Source: Mobula hypostoma (Eukaryota). Taken from it: DNA of 64,000 bases. How positions within the stretch are numbered: position 1 is the first letter of the stretch; the number at the start of each line of letters is the position of its first letter. The notes under the pieces are model-generated. The model had not been told where the DNA came from and made no database searches. It was given only the letters and a program-made list of their open reading frames with translations. The position numbers were made by a program, and so were the translations under genes. Location of the stretch: positions 170,378,001-170,442,000 of the forward strand of contig NC_086097.1 of assembly GCF_963921235.1 (NCBI RefSeq), written 5' to 3'. This document shows, piece after piece, positions 1-10,060 of the stretch.

Positions 1-560
1 TCTATCACACAGTTCTTTGTATGGACTCAAACCATCTTGCAAATATCCCCTAAACCTATGTACCCTTTCAAAATTAAAGTCGTACTTTATCATTACTCAT
101 TCAGTTTCGATTGTTATCCTTTCCTCTTCCAATTACATCAGCTCTTCATCTATCAGTTCTTGGTCATGGGATGCCAAAACCTCTTCAACATCATCTTTGT
201 CAGCTTCCACAAGCCAAACTCACTTTGTCCTTACCTCGTTCACCACGATGGAAACGCTTAATTATGTCTAGTTTTATGCTTAGTGTAACACCCTTATGAG
301 CTCTTTCAGGGCTTTTCCGATACCTTAGAACTCATCTTGCAAACGGCTGCTCACAGGCACGTGTTTAAACAATGCTGGCTAGATTGCAGTTCCGAATCCG
401 GGGGAGAGCGGCTGCTCGGGCGCGCGCAGCCTTTTATCGCGCGCTGCTTTTTTTTGTAACAGTGAAAACACCTTCTGAAAGCGAAAACAAGGTACTAATG
501 TAGGTCTTTCGTAACAGTGAGGTTTCATAAAGCGAACGTTCGAAAAACAGGGGACACCTG
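1..560 (-). mobile_element. Tigger/pogo-like (Tc1/mariner superfamily) DNA transposon, internally deleted, runs off the left edge
   Basis: Minus-strand terminus CAGGTGTCCCCTGTTTTTCGAACGTTCGC at 560 resembles a Tigger TIR. Decayed transposase from ATG 335: ...KGVTLSIKLDIIKRFHRGE (psq/CENP-B-type HTH) joined to an acidic C-terminal piece EVDKDDVEEVLASHDQELIDEEL. No DDE core seen. Confidence 0.75.
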
Positions 561-789
561 GTACTCTTCTTACAGAGGTCAAATCGTTACACAGTGCGTT
601 GAGGTAGAATAGGGTAAAGCAATAACAATGCAAAATAAAGTGCAAAAGCTACGAAGAAAATGTGATGCAACTAAATGTTAAAGAGCAAGATGTTGCATGT
701 AAATTAGGATCTTCATTCAGATCAACATCATGGTTAGACTCTGGGAGCTCTCTTAATTAAATTGTTTAATTAGATTGACTCTTGTAAAC

Positions 790-2110
790 AGGCAAGACGT
801 TCATCTGCAATAACTCAGGTTGCATTTTGTCATACAGGTAAAGATGGACACTCACATGGGAACCAGCTATGCCTGCCCCTTCATAGCTACATAGAACAGT
901 CTATATTCTAAGCCTTCCCTGGTAATGCTCCCCAACTCTTCCTCTGACAACTGGATTGGAGCTGTTTCATGCACCCGTGCAGAGCTAATCAATTTCATCA
1001 CCTTTATCCCTAACTTCCACCCAGCCCTTAAGTTCACTTGGCCCACTTCTGACACTTCTCTCCCCTTTCACAATCTCTTTGTCTTCATCATGGAGACAAA
1101 CTGTCAACTGTCATCTGTCACCCCATCTTCATGCTGCCTCAACAGTGATAGAGTTCCTCTTGTCCTTACCTACTACCTCATGAACCTCTGCATCATCCTC
1201 TGTACTTTCTGCCATCTCCAACGACATGCCACCACCAAACGTAACGTTACCACACCCCCAGCTCCATTTTCTGCAGGGAATGTTCCCTCCAGGATTCCCT
1301 TGCCCATTTGTCCCTCCCCATTAATTTTCCTCCTGGCATTTATCCCTGTGAGCAACTAAAGCAGCAAACAGCTACATCTGCCCATTCACCTCCTCCCTCA
1401 CCTCCATTCAGGGCCACAAACAGTCCTTCCAGGTGAGGTAACACTTCACCTGTGAATCTGCTGGGGTCGTCTATTGTGTCCGGTGCTCCTAATGCTGCCT
1501 CCCCTACATCGGTGAGACCTATCGTAGAGTGGGGGACTGCATTGTTGAACACCTTTGCTCCATCCGCCAGAAGTCGAACTTCCTGGTGGCTAAACATCTT
1601 AATTATGATTCCCACTTCCATTCTGACATGTTGGTCCATGGTTTCCTCTTGTGTCAAGATGAGGCCACTCTCAAGGTGGAGGAGCAACATCTAGTATTCC
1701 ACCTGGGTAGCCTCCAACCTGATGGCATGAATATCGATTTGTCCTTCTGGTAAAAAAAAGATTCCCTCCCCCCCCCTTCTATTCTCCACTCTGACCTCTT
1801 ACCTCTTCTCATTTGCCTATCACCTCTCTTTGGGTCCCCTCCTCCTTTCCTTTCTCTTATGGTCCACATTTCTCTCCAATCAGAGTTCTTCTTCACCAGC
1901 CCTTCATCTTTCTGATCCACCTGGTTTGACCTGTCACCTCCTAGCTATCCTCCTTCACCCCTCCCCACTTTTTCATTCTGGCGGCTTCCTCCTTCCTTTC
2001 CAGTCCAGAAGAAGGGTCTTGGCCTGAAACTTTGATGGATTATTCATTCCCTAAGGTGCCTCCTGACCTGTTGAGTTCCTCAAGCATTTTGTGTGTGTTG
2101 CTTTGGATTT
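790..2110 (+). mobile_element. Penelope-like element (decayed RT remnant + GIY-YIG endonuclease + 3' tail)
   Basis: RT-like THMGTSYAC at ~850; GIY-YIG-like VVYCVRC..YIGET..GDCIVEHL...VEEQHLVFHLGSLQPDGMNID (1465-1745); pyrimidine-rich 3' UTR; tail GAAGGGTCTTGGCCTGAAAC...GACCTGTTGAGTTCCTC. Confidence 0.85.
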
Positions 2111-2869
2111 CTTCATGTCTGGGATATTGAAACAGAGCTAGTCCAAGTTATTTTATACTCTTCACAAGGTCTTCAGAGTATTTAGCACCTTTTTTCAGGT
2201 TCTTGGGATTAATTGAACTGCCGATAAATTCAATCCATGCATCATTATGGGGTTTGTCTTCCTTCGGCAGAAGCTTCATTCCTTTGCAAGATTCAGGGCT
2301 TTTGTTTTGTGAATCTCAAAAGTTCTACCCCATGTGATACTGTGGCAATAGAGCCCATGAGGGCAATGATTCTCTCCTCCGTTTGTGTAAATCTAGCTGC
2401 ATTTGATTTACCAGCATCTGCATGAGCAGAAGCAAGCTAACATTGCCAATGGAATCTAACTTACCCATGTCAGTATTTTATAGCTGGAGATTCATGTTTT
2501 GTCACTAACTATTGAAGAAGTCACAGCATTCCTCTGCTGCACCATGATTTGCTAATCTCTTCTCGGCTACACAATTGGGCAACGGACCTCGATGTAGGTA
2601 AAAACAGTTGTCTGTAAATGCATGGAGAAAAAGATTTCGTCTTTCCAAGGATCTTTGGGCCAGAGATTGGGACAAATTCAGAATGTTTGAGTACAAACTA
2701 TTCCAATAAAATACAATCTATCATATCCAGTCTAAATTTGTGTGGGGTTGGCAGATTTACTTATCTTGGTCTCTGCAGAAAACTGAATTAACTTACTTCT
2801 CAGCATCTTGATATCAATGATGAAGGACGGACATGAAATCATCTCTTAACCGCAGTTGCCTTCACTTTC

Positions 2870-3455
2870 GGGATATTATGTATAAAAGATGTTACCGCTG
2901 CACAGAACTTTGGAAAGACTACATTTGGAACACTGTATGCAGTTCTGGTTCCCTCAGTACAGGACGGATGTGGAGGCTTAGGAGAGGGTGCAGAGAGATT
3001 ATCTAGGATGTTGCTTGGATTAGAGGATACGAATTATAAGAAGTTAGACAAATTTAGATTAGTTTCCCTAGGGTGTCAGATGCTAAGGGATGACCTGATA
3101 GAAGTTTATAACATTAAGAAATGCATAGATAGTCAGAGACTTTTTCCCAGTGGGGAAATATCAAATACTATACAGAGCATAGGTTTAAGGTGAGAGGAGG
3201 AAAGTTTAATGGAGATCTATGAGGTATTTTTTTGTACAGAGAAAGGTAGGTGCCTGCAAGGTGCTGTTGGCAGAGGTGGTGGAAGTAAATCTGACAGCAA
3301 TGTTTCAGAGGTATTTAGACAGACACATTAGCAGGCAGAGAGTGGAGAGATGTAGGGCATGTGGAGATGGCTGCAATTAGTTAATTTGTCATCGTGGTTA
3401 GCACAGGGATCATGTGTCGAAGGGCCTATATACTGTTCCACAGTTTATGTTCTAA
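2870..3455 (+). mobile_element. CR1 LINE 3' fragment (decayed)
   Basis: HLEHCMQFW and LRDDLIEVY remnants of the CR1 ORF2 C-terminus, followed by CR1-type 3' UTR. Confidence 0.8.
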
Positions 3456-3695
3456 ATTGATGACCCCTGCTACAAAGAAGGTCACAGGCAACAGGTGTAT
3501 GTTTACACCGCTACCTATAGGTTTCCCTCCAAGTTATACACTATTGTGACTTGGAATAATGTCACTGTTCCTCCTGTGTTATTGTGTCTAATTCCTGGTA
3601 CCCTTTCCCCCACAACAGCATGAAAGGTCTTTCTGAGAAGAATTGCACTGGTTCAACAAAGCAGCTCAATGCCATCTTCTCAAAAACAATTATGA

Positions 3696-4051
3696 CTAGG
3701 TCGACGCAGGCCTAGGGGGCTGGTGTTGGGCACGATGATGGACTCTGCACTTCTCCCTCTCCCTCATCGGTGTGTTCTGTTCATCTACATTAGCTGCGCC
3801 ACTGTCTTTGAGGAGCATGTTGACCATAGTCTTGGGAGGGCACCCAGGGTTCATCCTCCCATGCTTGGGCTCCCATATGATGACTAGGCTGGCAGGTAGT
3901 TCACGATGATGGACTCTCCACTTCTCCCTCTCCCTCATCAGTGTGTTCAGTTCATCTACATTAGCTGCGCCTCTGTCTTCTAGGAGCGTGTTGACCGTAG
4001 TCTTGGGAGGGCGCCCAGGGTTCATCTCCCATGCTTGGGCTCCCATATGAT
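3696..4051 (-). mobile_element. RTE-clade LINE 3' fragment with internal tandem duplication
   Basis: ELPASLVIIWEPKHGRMNPGRPPKT...LMREREKWR resembles an RTE ORF C-terminus; ~150-bp unit present twice (3731-3881, 3902-4051). Confidence 0.7.
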
Positions 4052-4164
4052 AGCAATAAATGCAGGCCTTGATAAAACTACCCAGATAAAGGGGGAGGAA
4101 AAAGGAACAGAGAAAGTGTTAATTAAAACAGGACTCAAATCTATTTTGGATGAGGTAAGATCCA

Positions 4165-4825
4165 GAATCTGAATCGGAATCATGTTTATTATATGATGTG
4201 AAATTTGTTGTTTTGTGGCCATTGTACAGTGCCTAAACATAAAATTACTATAAATTACAAAATAATTAAATAGAGCAAAAAAAGGAATAATGAGGTATTT
4301 TCATGAGTTCATTGATCATTCAGAAATCTGATGATAGAAGGGAGGAAGCTGTTTCTGAAATATTGAATGTGGGCCTTCAGGCTCTTTTACGTCCCCCAAT
4401 GGTAGTAATGAGAATAGATCTTGTCCTGGATGGTGAATGTCCTTAATGAAAGACACTGCTTCTCGAGACATTACCTCTTGAAAATGTCCTTGATGGAGGG
4501 AGTCTTGTGTCCGTGATGGAGCTGGCTGAGTCTACAGCCTCTGGTGACACTGTGCGTTGTAACCTCCATACCAGGCAGTGATGAAACCTGTCGGAATGCT
4601 TCCCACCATACACCTATAAAAATTTACATGTCTGGTGACATACCAGATCTCTTCAAACTTCTAATTAAGTGCAGCCTCTGGCAGGTCTTCTTTATGATTG
4701 CATCAATGCATTGGGTCCAGAGCAGATCTCCTCTGAGATGTTGATGCCCAGGAACTTGAAGCTGCTCATCCTTTCCACTGCTGGCCTCTCAATGAGAACT
4801 GGTGTACGTGCTCCTGACTTCCCCT
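4165..4825 (-). mobile_element. Rex1/Babar-like LINE 3' fragment
   Basis: VERMSSFKFLGINIS motif; same 3' UTR and (TCTGAT)-like tail as other copies in the window. Confidence 0.75.
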
Positions 4826-6529
4826 TATATAAGAATGTTATTATATGACAGAAGCAAATCCCACATGTTGCCATTTCTACTGTTGTTGGTCACGCCTTCC
4901 AACATGGCTCTTCTGGCGAGAGCCCTGTTGCTGAAGTGTGTGTGGTAAAGATAATGGCTAGTTTTTTGATAGTTCTATAAGGAGACTTAGTCAAGTCACA
5001 TCAAGTCAAATTGATTGCCATGTGCACAAGTACAGTGAGGTAGTGCTACAATGGAAACTTGCTTACAACAGCATCACAGGCACATAGGTACAGATAACAC
5101 ATAGAACATAAGTTACTCAGAAACTATATAAATTGTCATTCGTTTGTTTTGTGCTATATCGAATGATGCAGATAATCATGGCCTTTCCATAACCATTATA
5201 GTTCTTGGCATAGTTCTTGGGGCTTGGGGGGAGGAGGAGGGGGCTAAAGGATGACCTGTTGGCTAGTAGAGGGGTGGAGCACCTTACCACCTCCTTTGGT
5301 AGAGACGTATCTCCAACCTGCTATCCTGCATAAAATGTGCATTAATTATAAAGAGGAAATGACAGCAAAACAAGACATTAGAACAAATAACACAATCAGA
5401 GTCCATTTCGTCGCAGTGCAAGAGATGATCCATAGTGTTCAATTGCTGGCGTAGGCTCATGGTTGTGCTGATTGGTTCAAGAACGAAATGGTTGAAGGGA
5501 AATAGCTGTGTAGTTGGGTGGCACAGGCTTGTTTGGCCAGAAGGGCCTGTGGCTATGCTGTGCCTCTAAATAAATTGACAACATATTATTGAATGAGAGA
5601 TGTAAAAGCTTTTTAATAAACTTTCTAGCTACTCATCCACACTTGACTTAAAATTAAGAAATAATGACAACAAAAAAAAATCACAAAACCTTAGCCTGGG
5701 TAGTTTGAGTAGTTTGCTGGGTAGATCAATGGGAGGATGTAAATTGTATTAAATTCTGTTTGGAAGAGTCTGTATGGTGTGATCTTGTATTTTATTTTGT
5801 GCTCATCATAAAGAAACTGAAGTTAATTGAATCAAGCAACTATTTGATAAACGTGCCTCTGTGCTCACCTGTGGGTGGGAATATAAAGTAGCCAAGACCC
5901 ATGAAATTGTTAACAGTCTGATAATGAGAAAGGCTGAAAGGGTGGAGGTGAGGTCATGCACAGAAGAGGTGATGTCGAGTTGATTGGTATGATATCAAAG
6001 TTACTGCAGCGGTATTTGAAAACCTGGGCTATTGATCAGGAGACTGGGGGCCAATCTCCATCAGGGCAGCTGGCGCACTTAAACTTAAGTAATTAAATGA
6101 ATCTGGAATAAAGAGACTATAATCAATAATGGCTATTGGGGAACTTGGATGGCTCATTAAAATATTGCATAGAAGGGAAGTTTGGTGTCTTTAACCGTCT
6201 GAAGCACACATGACTCTAGGCACAAAGCACTGTGAGAGCTGTTGAATTGAGGCCAATCAATAAAAGTTGATGGAAACATCCTTGACCTGTGAATAAATAA
6301 CAAAATGCTCTGATTGCAAGTGTGGTACCTCCAGGTTAAGAATTGTTTGCATAGACAATAAGTAATTTTCACACCCTTTTCAATTGAAGAGGGCGAAAAT
6401 AAATGGGGTTAACAATGGAGTGGAAGGTTGTAACACTGCTTTTTCCAGAATACTGTTTGATGAAAATGAACAAAGCAATCTTTCAATGCCAGCAGATCTC
6501 ACGATATTAACTGTGGTTCTTTGTGGCTG

Positions 6530-6950
6530 CTGAGCAAGAGGACTGTGGTTCAAGGTCCTTTCCAGGCTCTTGGGCATATCATCTAGCCTGAAGCCTGGGC
6601 ACAGAACCAAATGCATGTTGCACTGTCAGACTTGCTTTCTTTTAAAAGAGGTTTGAAAGATTCCTTTCAAAGCAAAGTTGAGGAATTCTCCCCTGATATC
6701 CTTGCCAATATCTATTGCTCAAGCAACAGATTTGCTATAGCTTATATATGGGATTTTGTTGTGTATGAATCGAGTGCTGCATTTCCTATGTTAGAACAAT
6801 GGTCTGCTCTAACAAAGGGATATCCATTATATCTATTACTCAATATCTATTATTCAAGAAACAGATTTGTTATCGTTCATTTATGGGATCCTGCTGTGTA
6901 TTAATTGAGTTCCGCTTTTCCTACGTTAGAACAGTGATCACATGAAAACT
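6530..6950 (+). mobile_element. Deu-domain-like SINE (SacSINE/AmnSINE type); 3' tail displaced to ~7585-7660 by a CR1 insertion
   Basis: GGAATTCTCCCCTGATATCCTTGCCAATATCTATT...TGCATTTCCTATGTTAGAACA resembles the Deu domain; tail CATTGGTTGTAAAACGGCTTGAG...GTGTTATAGAAAGGAAAG at 7588-7650. Confidence 0.55.
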
Positions 6951-6964
6951 CCTTCATTAGGCCT

Positions 6965-7520
6965 AACTTTCAGAGTTATGCGGCAATGAAATGAGCCCTT
7001 TGGCCTAACTGGCTCATGCCAACCAAGATTCTCATCCCATTTGTCTGTGCTTGACCTGTGTCCCTTTAAACCTTCCCTATCCATGTACCTGTCCAAATGT
7101 CTTTTAAATTTTGTTATTATGCTTGCCTCAACCACTTTCTCTAGCAGCACGTTCCATAAAAACACCACCCTCAGTGTATAAAAGTTGCATCTCAGGTACC
7201 TATTAAATGTTTCCTCTCTCAACTTAGACCTATACCCTCTAGCCTTGATTCCACAGCCCTGTGGAAAAAAAAGACTGTGCACATTCTCCCTATCTGTGTC
7301 TCTCATATGTTCCACACTTCCATAAGGTTACCCCCCATTCTCCAACATTTGAAGGAGTAAAGTCCTAACTTGCACAATCTCTCCCGATAACTCAGTTCCT
7401 CAAGTACTGGCAATGTAGAGGCATGGGGTTACAGAACACTTCTTCATACTCTTTCCAGTGGCATCTTTCCTTTATCAGGATAACCAAAACTCTACACAAT
7501 AGTCCAAGTGAGGCCTCATC
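6965..7520 (-). mobile_element. CR1 LINE 3' fragment
   Basis: ARGYRSKL...NFYTLRVVFLWNVL...FKRHLDRYM, the CR1 ORF2 C-terminus. Confidence 0.85.
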
Positions 7521-7679
7521 ATCGGAAGCTGCAGGGAATACTCAGCAGATCAGCCAGTTTCTGGGGAAAGAGAAATATGTCAGTAATCATTGGTTGTAAA
7601 ACGGCTTGAGGTGAGCTAACGTTGTGATAAAGTGTTATAGAAAGGAAAGTTCCCTTTTTTCTTAACCATGTTTCATGTC

Positions 7680-8620
7680 TCCTCAGGGGTGTGTGCTTAG
7701 CCCATTGCTCTACTCTCTATATACCCATGACTGTGTGGCTAGGCATAGCTGAAATACCATCTATAAATTTGCTGACAATACAACCATTGTTGGTAGAATC
7801 TCAGGAGGTGACGAGAGGGCGTACAGGAGTGAGATACGCCAACTAGTGGAGTGGTGCTGCAGCAACAACCTGGCACTCAACGTCAGTAAGACGAAAGAGC
7901 TGATTGTGGGCTTCAGGAAGGGTAAGATGAAGGAACACATACCAATCCTCACAGAGGGGTCAGAAGTGGAGAGAGTGAGAAGTTTCAAGTTCCTGGGTGT
8001 CAAGATCTCTGAAATTCTAACCTAATCCCAATATATCGCAGTTATAAAGAAGGCAAGACAGTGGCTATACTTTATTAGGAGTTTGAAGAGATTTGGCATG
8101 TCAACAGATACACTCAAAAACTTCTATAGTTGTACTGTGGAGAGCATTCTGACAGGTTGCATCACTGTCTGGAATGGGGATGGGGTGGGGAGGCTACTGC
8201 ACAGGATTGAGAGAAGCTGCAGAGGGTTGTAAATCTAGTCAGCTCCATCTTGGGTACTAGCCTACAAAGTACCCAGGACATCTTCAAGGTGCGGTGTCTC
8301 AGAAAGACAGCATCCATTATTAAGGGCCTCCAGCACCCAGGGCATGCCCTTTTCTCGCTGTTACCATTAGAAAGGAGGTACAGAAGCCTGAAGGCACACA
8401 CTCAGCGCTCAGCGATTCGGGAACAGCTTCTTCCCCTCCGCTATCTGATTCCTAAATGGACATCGAACCCACTTCTTTAATATATACTATTTCTGTTTCT
8501 GCATGATTTTTAATCTATTCAATATAAGTATACTGTTATTTATTTATTTATTTGTTATTACGTTATTTTGTTCTTTTCTCTTCTATATTATTTATTGCAT
8601 TGAACTGCTGCTGCTAAGTT
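7680..8620 (+). mobile_element. Rex1/Babar-like LINE 3' portion (RT core to 3' UTR)
   Basis: PQGCVLSPLLYSLYTHDC...KFADNTT...SFKFLGV; visibly very similar to 61083-61740. Confidence 0.85.
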
Positions 8621-8873
8621 GAATAGCTGTTTTTGAGCTTGGTGGTGTGGAATTTCAGGCTTCTGTACCTCCTGTCAATGGTATCTCAGAGAAGATGGCA
8701 TGGACTAGATGTGGGAGTCTTTGATGATAATGGTGTCTTTTGCATACTGCGTGGTGTGTTATGTAAGTACTGGGATGGTGGCGGCTTGGATGTCAGGAGC
8801 TAAGGGTCCTGTCTCAGACTAAGGGCCAAGTCATTTAGGATTGAAATGAGGAGATATTTCTGCACTCACAGAG

Positions 8874-9182
8874 TGTCACGATACACAGTCAACTATGCCA
8901 GCTTCCAGGGTTTAGAAACTCAGACTCTCTGGGATGTGGATAGCTGGCATGGGCCCTTTAAAGATTCAATCCTGCCCTGCTAATTGGCAACTATATTTCA
9001 TTGCCAGGATTTTAATATTTAAAGAGCACCTGAACTGAGGTCCAGTGCTCAACCGTCAGCTCTATTTTGGATTCTTATCTAACGCCTAGTTTAGTTCCCC
9101 TACCTTGTCTCAATCTTGCGTTGTAGTCTCAGATACTCCAGCACTTGGCTCCTTACCATCTTCGCCCAAGTCTCTTGTCACA
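8874..9182 (+). repeat. 5' LTR of the Sushi-like Gypsy
   Basis: Starts TGTCACGATACACA, ends TTGTCACA; shares GGATAGCTGGCATG, CCCCTTTAAAGATTCAA, TATTTAAAGAGCACCTGAA, CTTGTCTCAATCT and TAGTCTCAGATACT with 15006-15306. Confidence 0.9.
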
Positions 9183-9199
9183 GTACGATTGAGCCTAAC

Positions 9200-10060
9200 A
9201 TGGACCCAACGGGGTGTTGGAGCCTCTCATCAGCTGTGGGTAGCCACAGTGAAAAAATTTCAGGACAGAGCTGGGAGATACACAGCACCAGCTGTCATTA
9301 GGAGGAAGCCAGAATCACTGAGGTGAGGCTGTCGGTCGCTCTGCGGAGTCAGTCCATCTTCTCACCCCGGAGAGATCTGGCAGCCATCTGGATTATTGCC
9401 ACGGCTTCCTCAATGAGTGGTCGCTGTGTTTGAAGTGCCAGAAGGTGGCTTTCATGATCTCTGTACTGACAGGGAGAGCCCTAGCCATCAGGAACGGAAG
9501 TCCGAGATCTGCTCTGATTCGGAAGAATTCATGAACACTATGAAGAGGGTGTTCCATCATCCCACCGGAGCTAACAGAGCCTCGGACCGTCTGATGAAGA
9601 TGTGTCAGGGTAGTTGGGCAGCAACTGACTACGCTATTGAGTTTTGGACTCTGGCTGAAGAGTGTGGCTGGAATGAGGAGGCCTTGATCACTCTGTACCA
9701 CCATGGACTCTGAGGCGGACTAAAGGATGCCCTTGCCTTTGGAGAGCTGGTAGGGGACTAAGAGGCTCTGATTGAGCTGTTTATCTGCCTCGATAATCCC
9801 CTGGCGGAACAAAAGTGGGCCTTTCTCAGAAAGCTGAAGAGGGCTAGCTCAAGCCCACCATAAACGCATCACAGTTTCACTTCCAACCTTGGATAATGAT
9901 CAGCCCACCTTCTGCACAAGATCCTGTCAAGCCAATGTAGATCAGTCGCACAACAATCTCCGGCGTTGGAGTCGAGGTTGCTGCTATTACTGGAGTAAAG
10001 TAGACTCGCTGCAGGTCAAATGTCCGAAGTTGCAGCTGTTGGGAGAACTGCTAAGGCTGT
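9200..10060 (+). pseudogene. Retrotransposon Gag (Sushi/PEG10/RTL1-like capsid, degenerate Zn knuckle), frameshifted
   Basis: EEFMNTMKRVFHHP...RLMKMCQGSWAATDYAIEFWTLAEECGWNEEALITLYHHGL; degenerate knuckle RGCCYYWSKVDSLQVKCP at ~9975-10030. Confidence 0.85.

Noticed and set aside
365..450. CpG island or promoter
   Set aside because: Short CpG-rich patch inside the Tigger-like transposon's 5' region.
7680..8460. Segmental duplication with 61083-61740
   Set aside because: Similarity is confined to the LINE body, so these are independent copies of one subfamily.
9200..10060. Domesticated PEG10/RTL1-like gag gene
   Set aside because: Multiple stops and frameshifts, and both LTRs retained; a decaying provirus.
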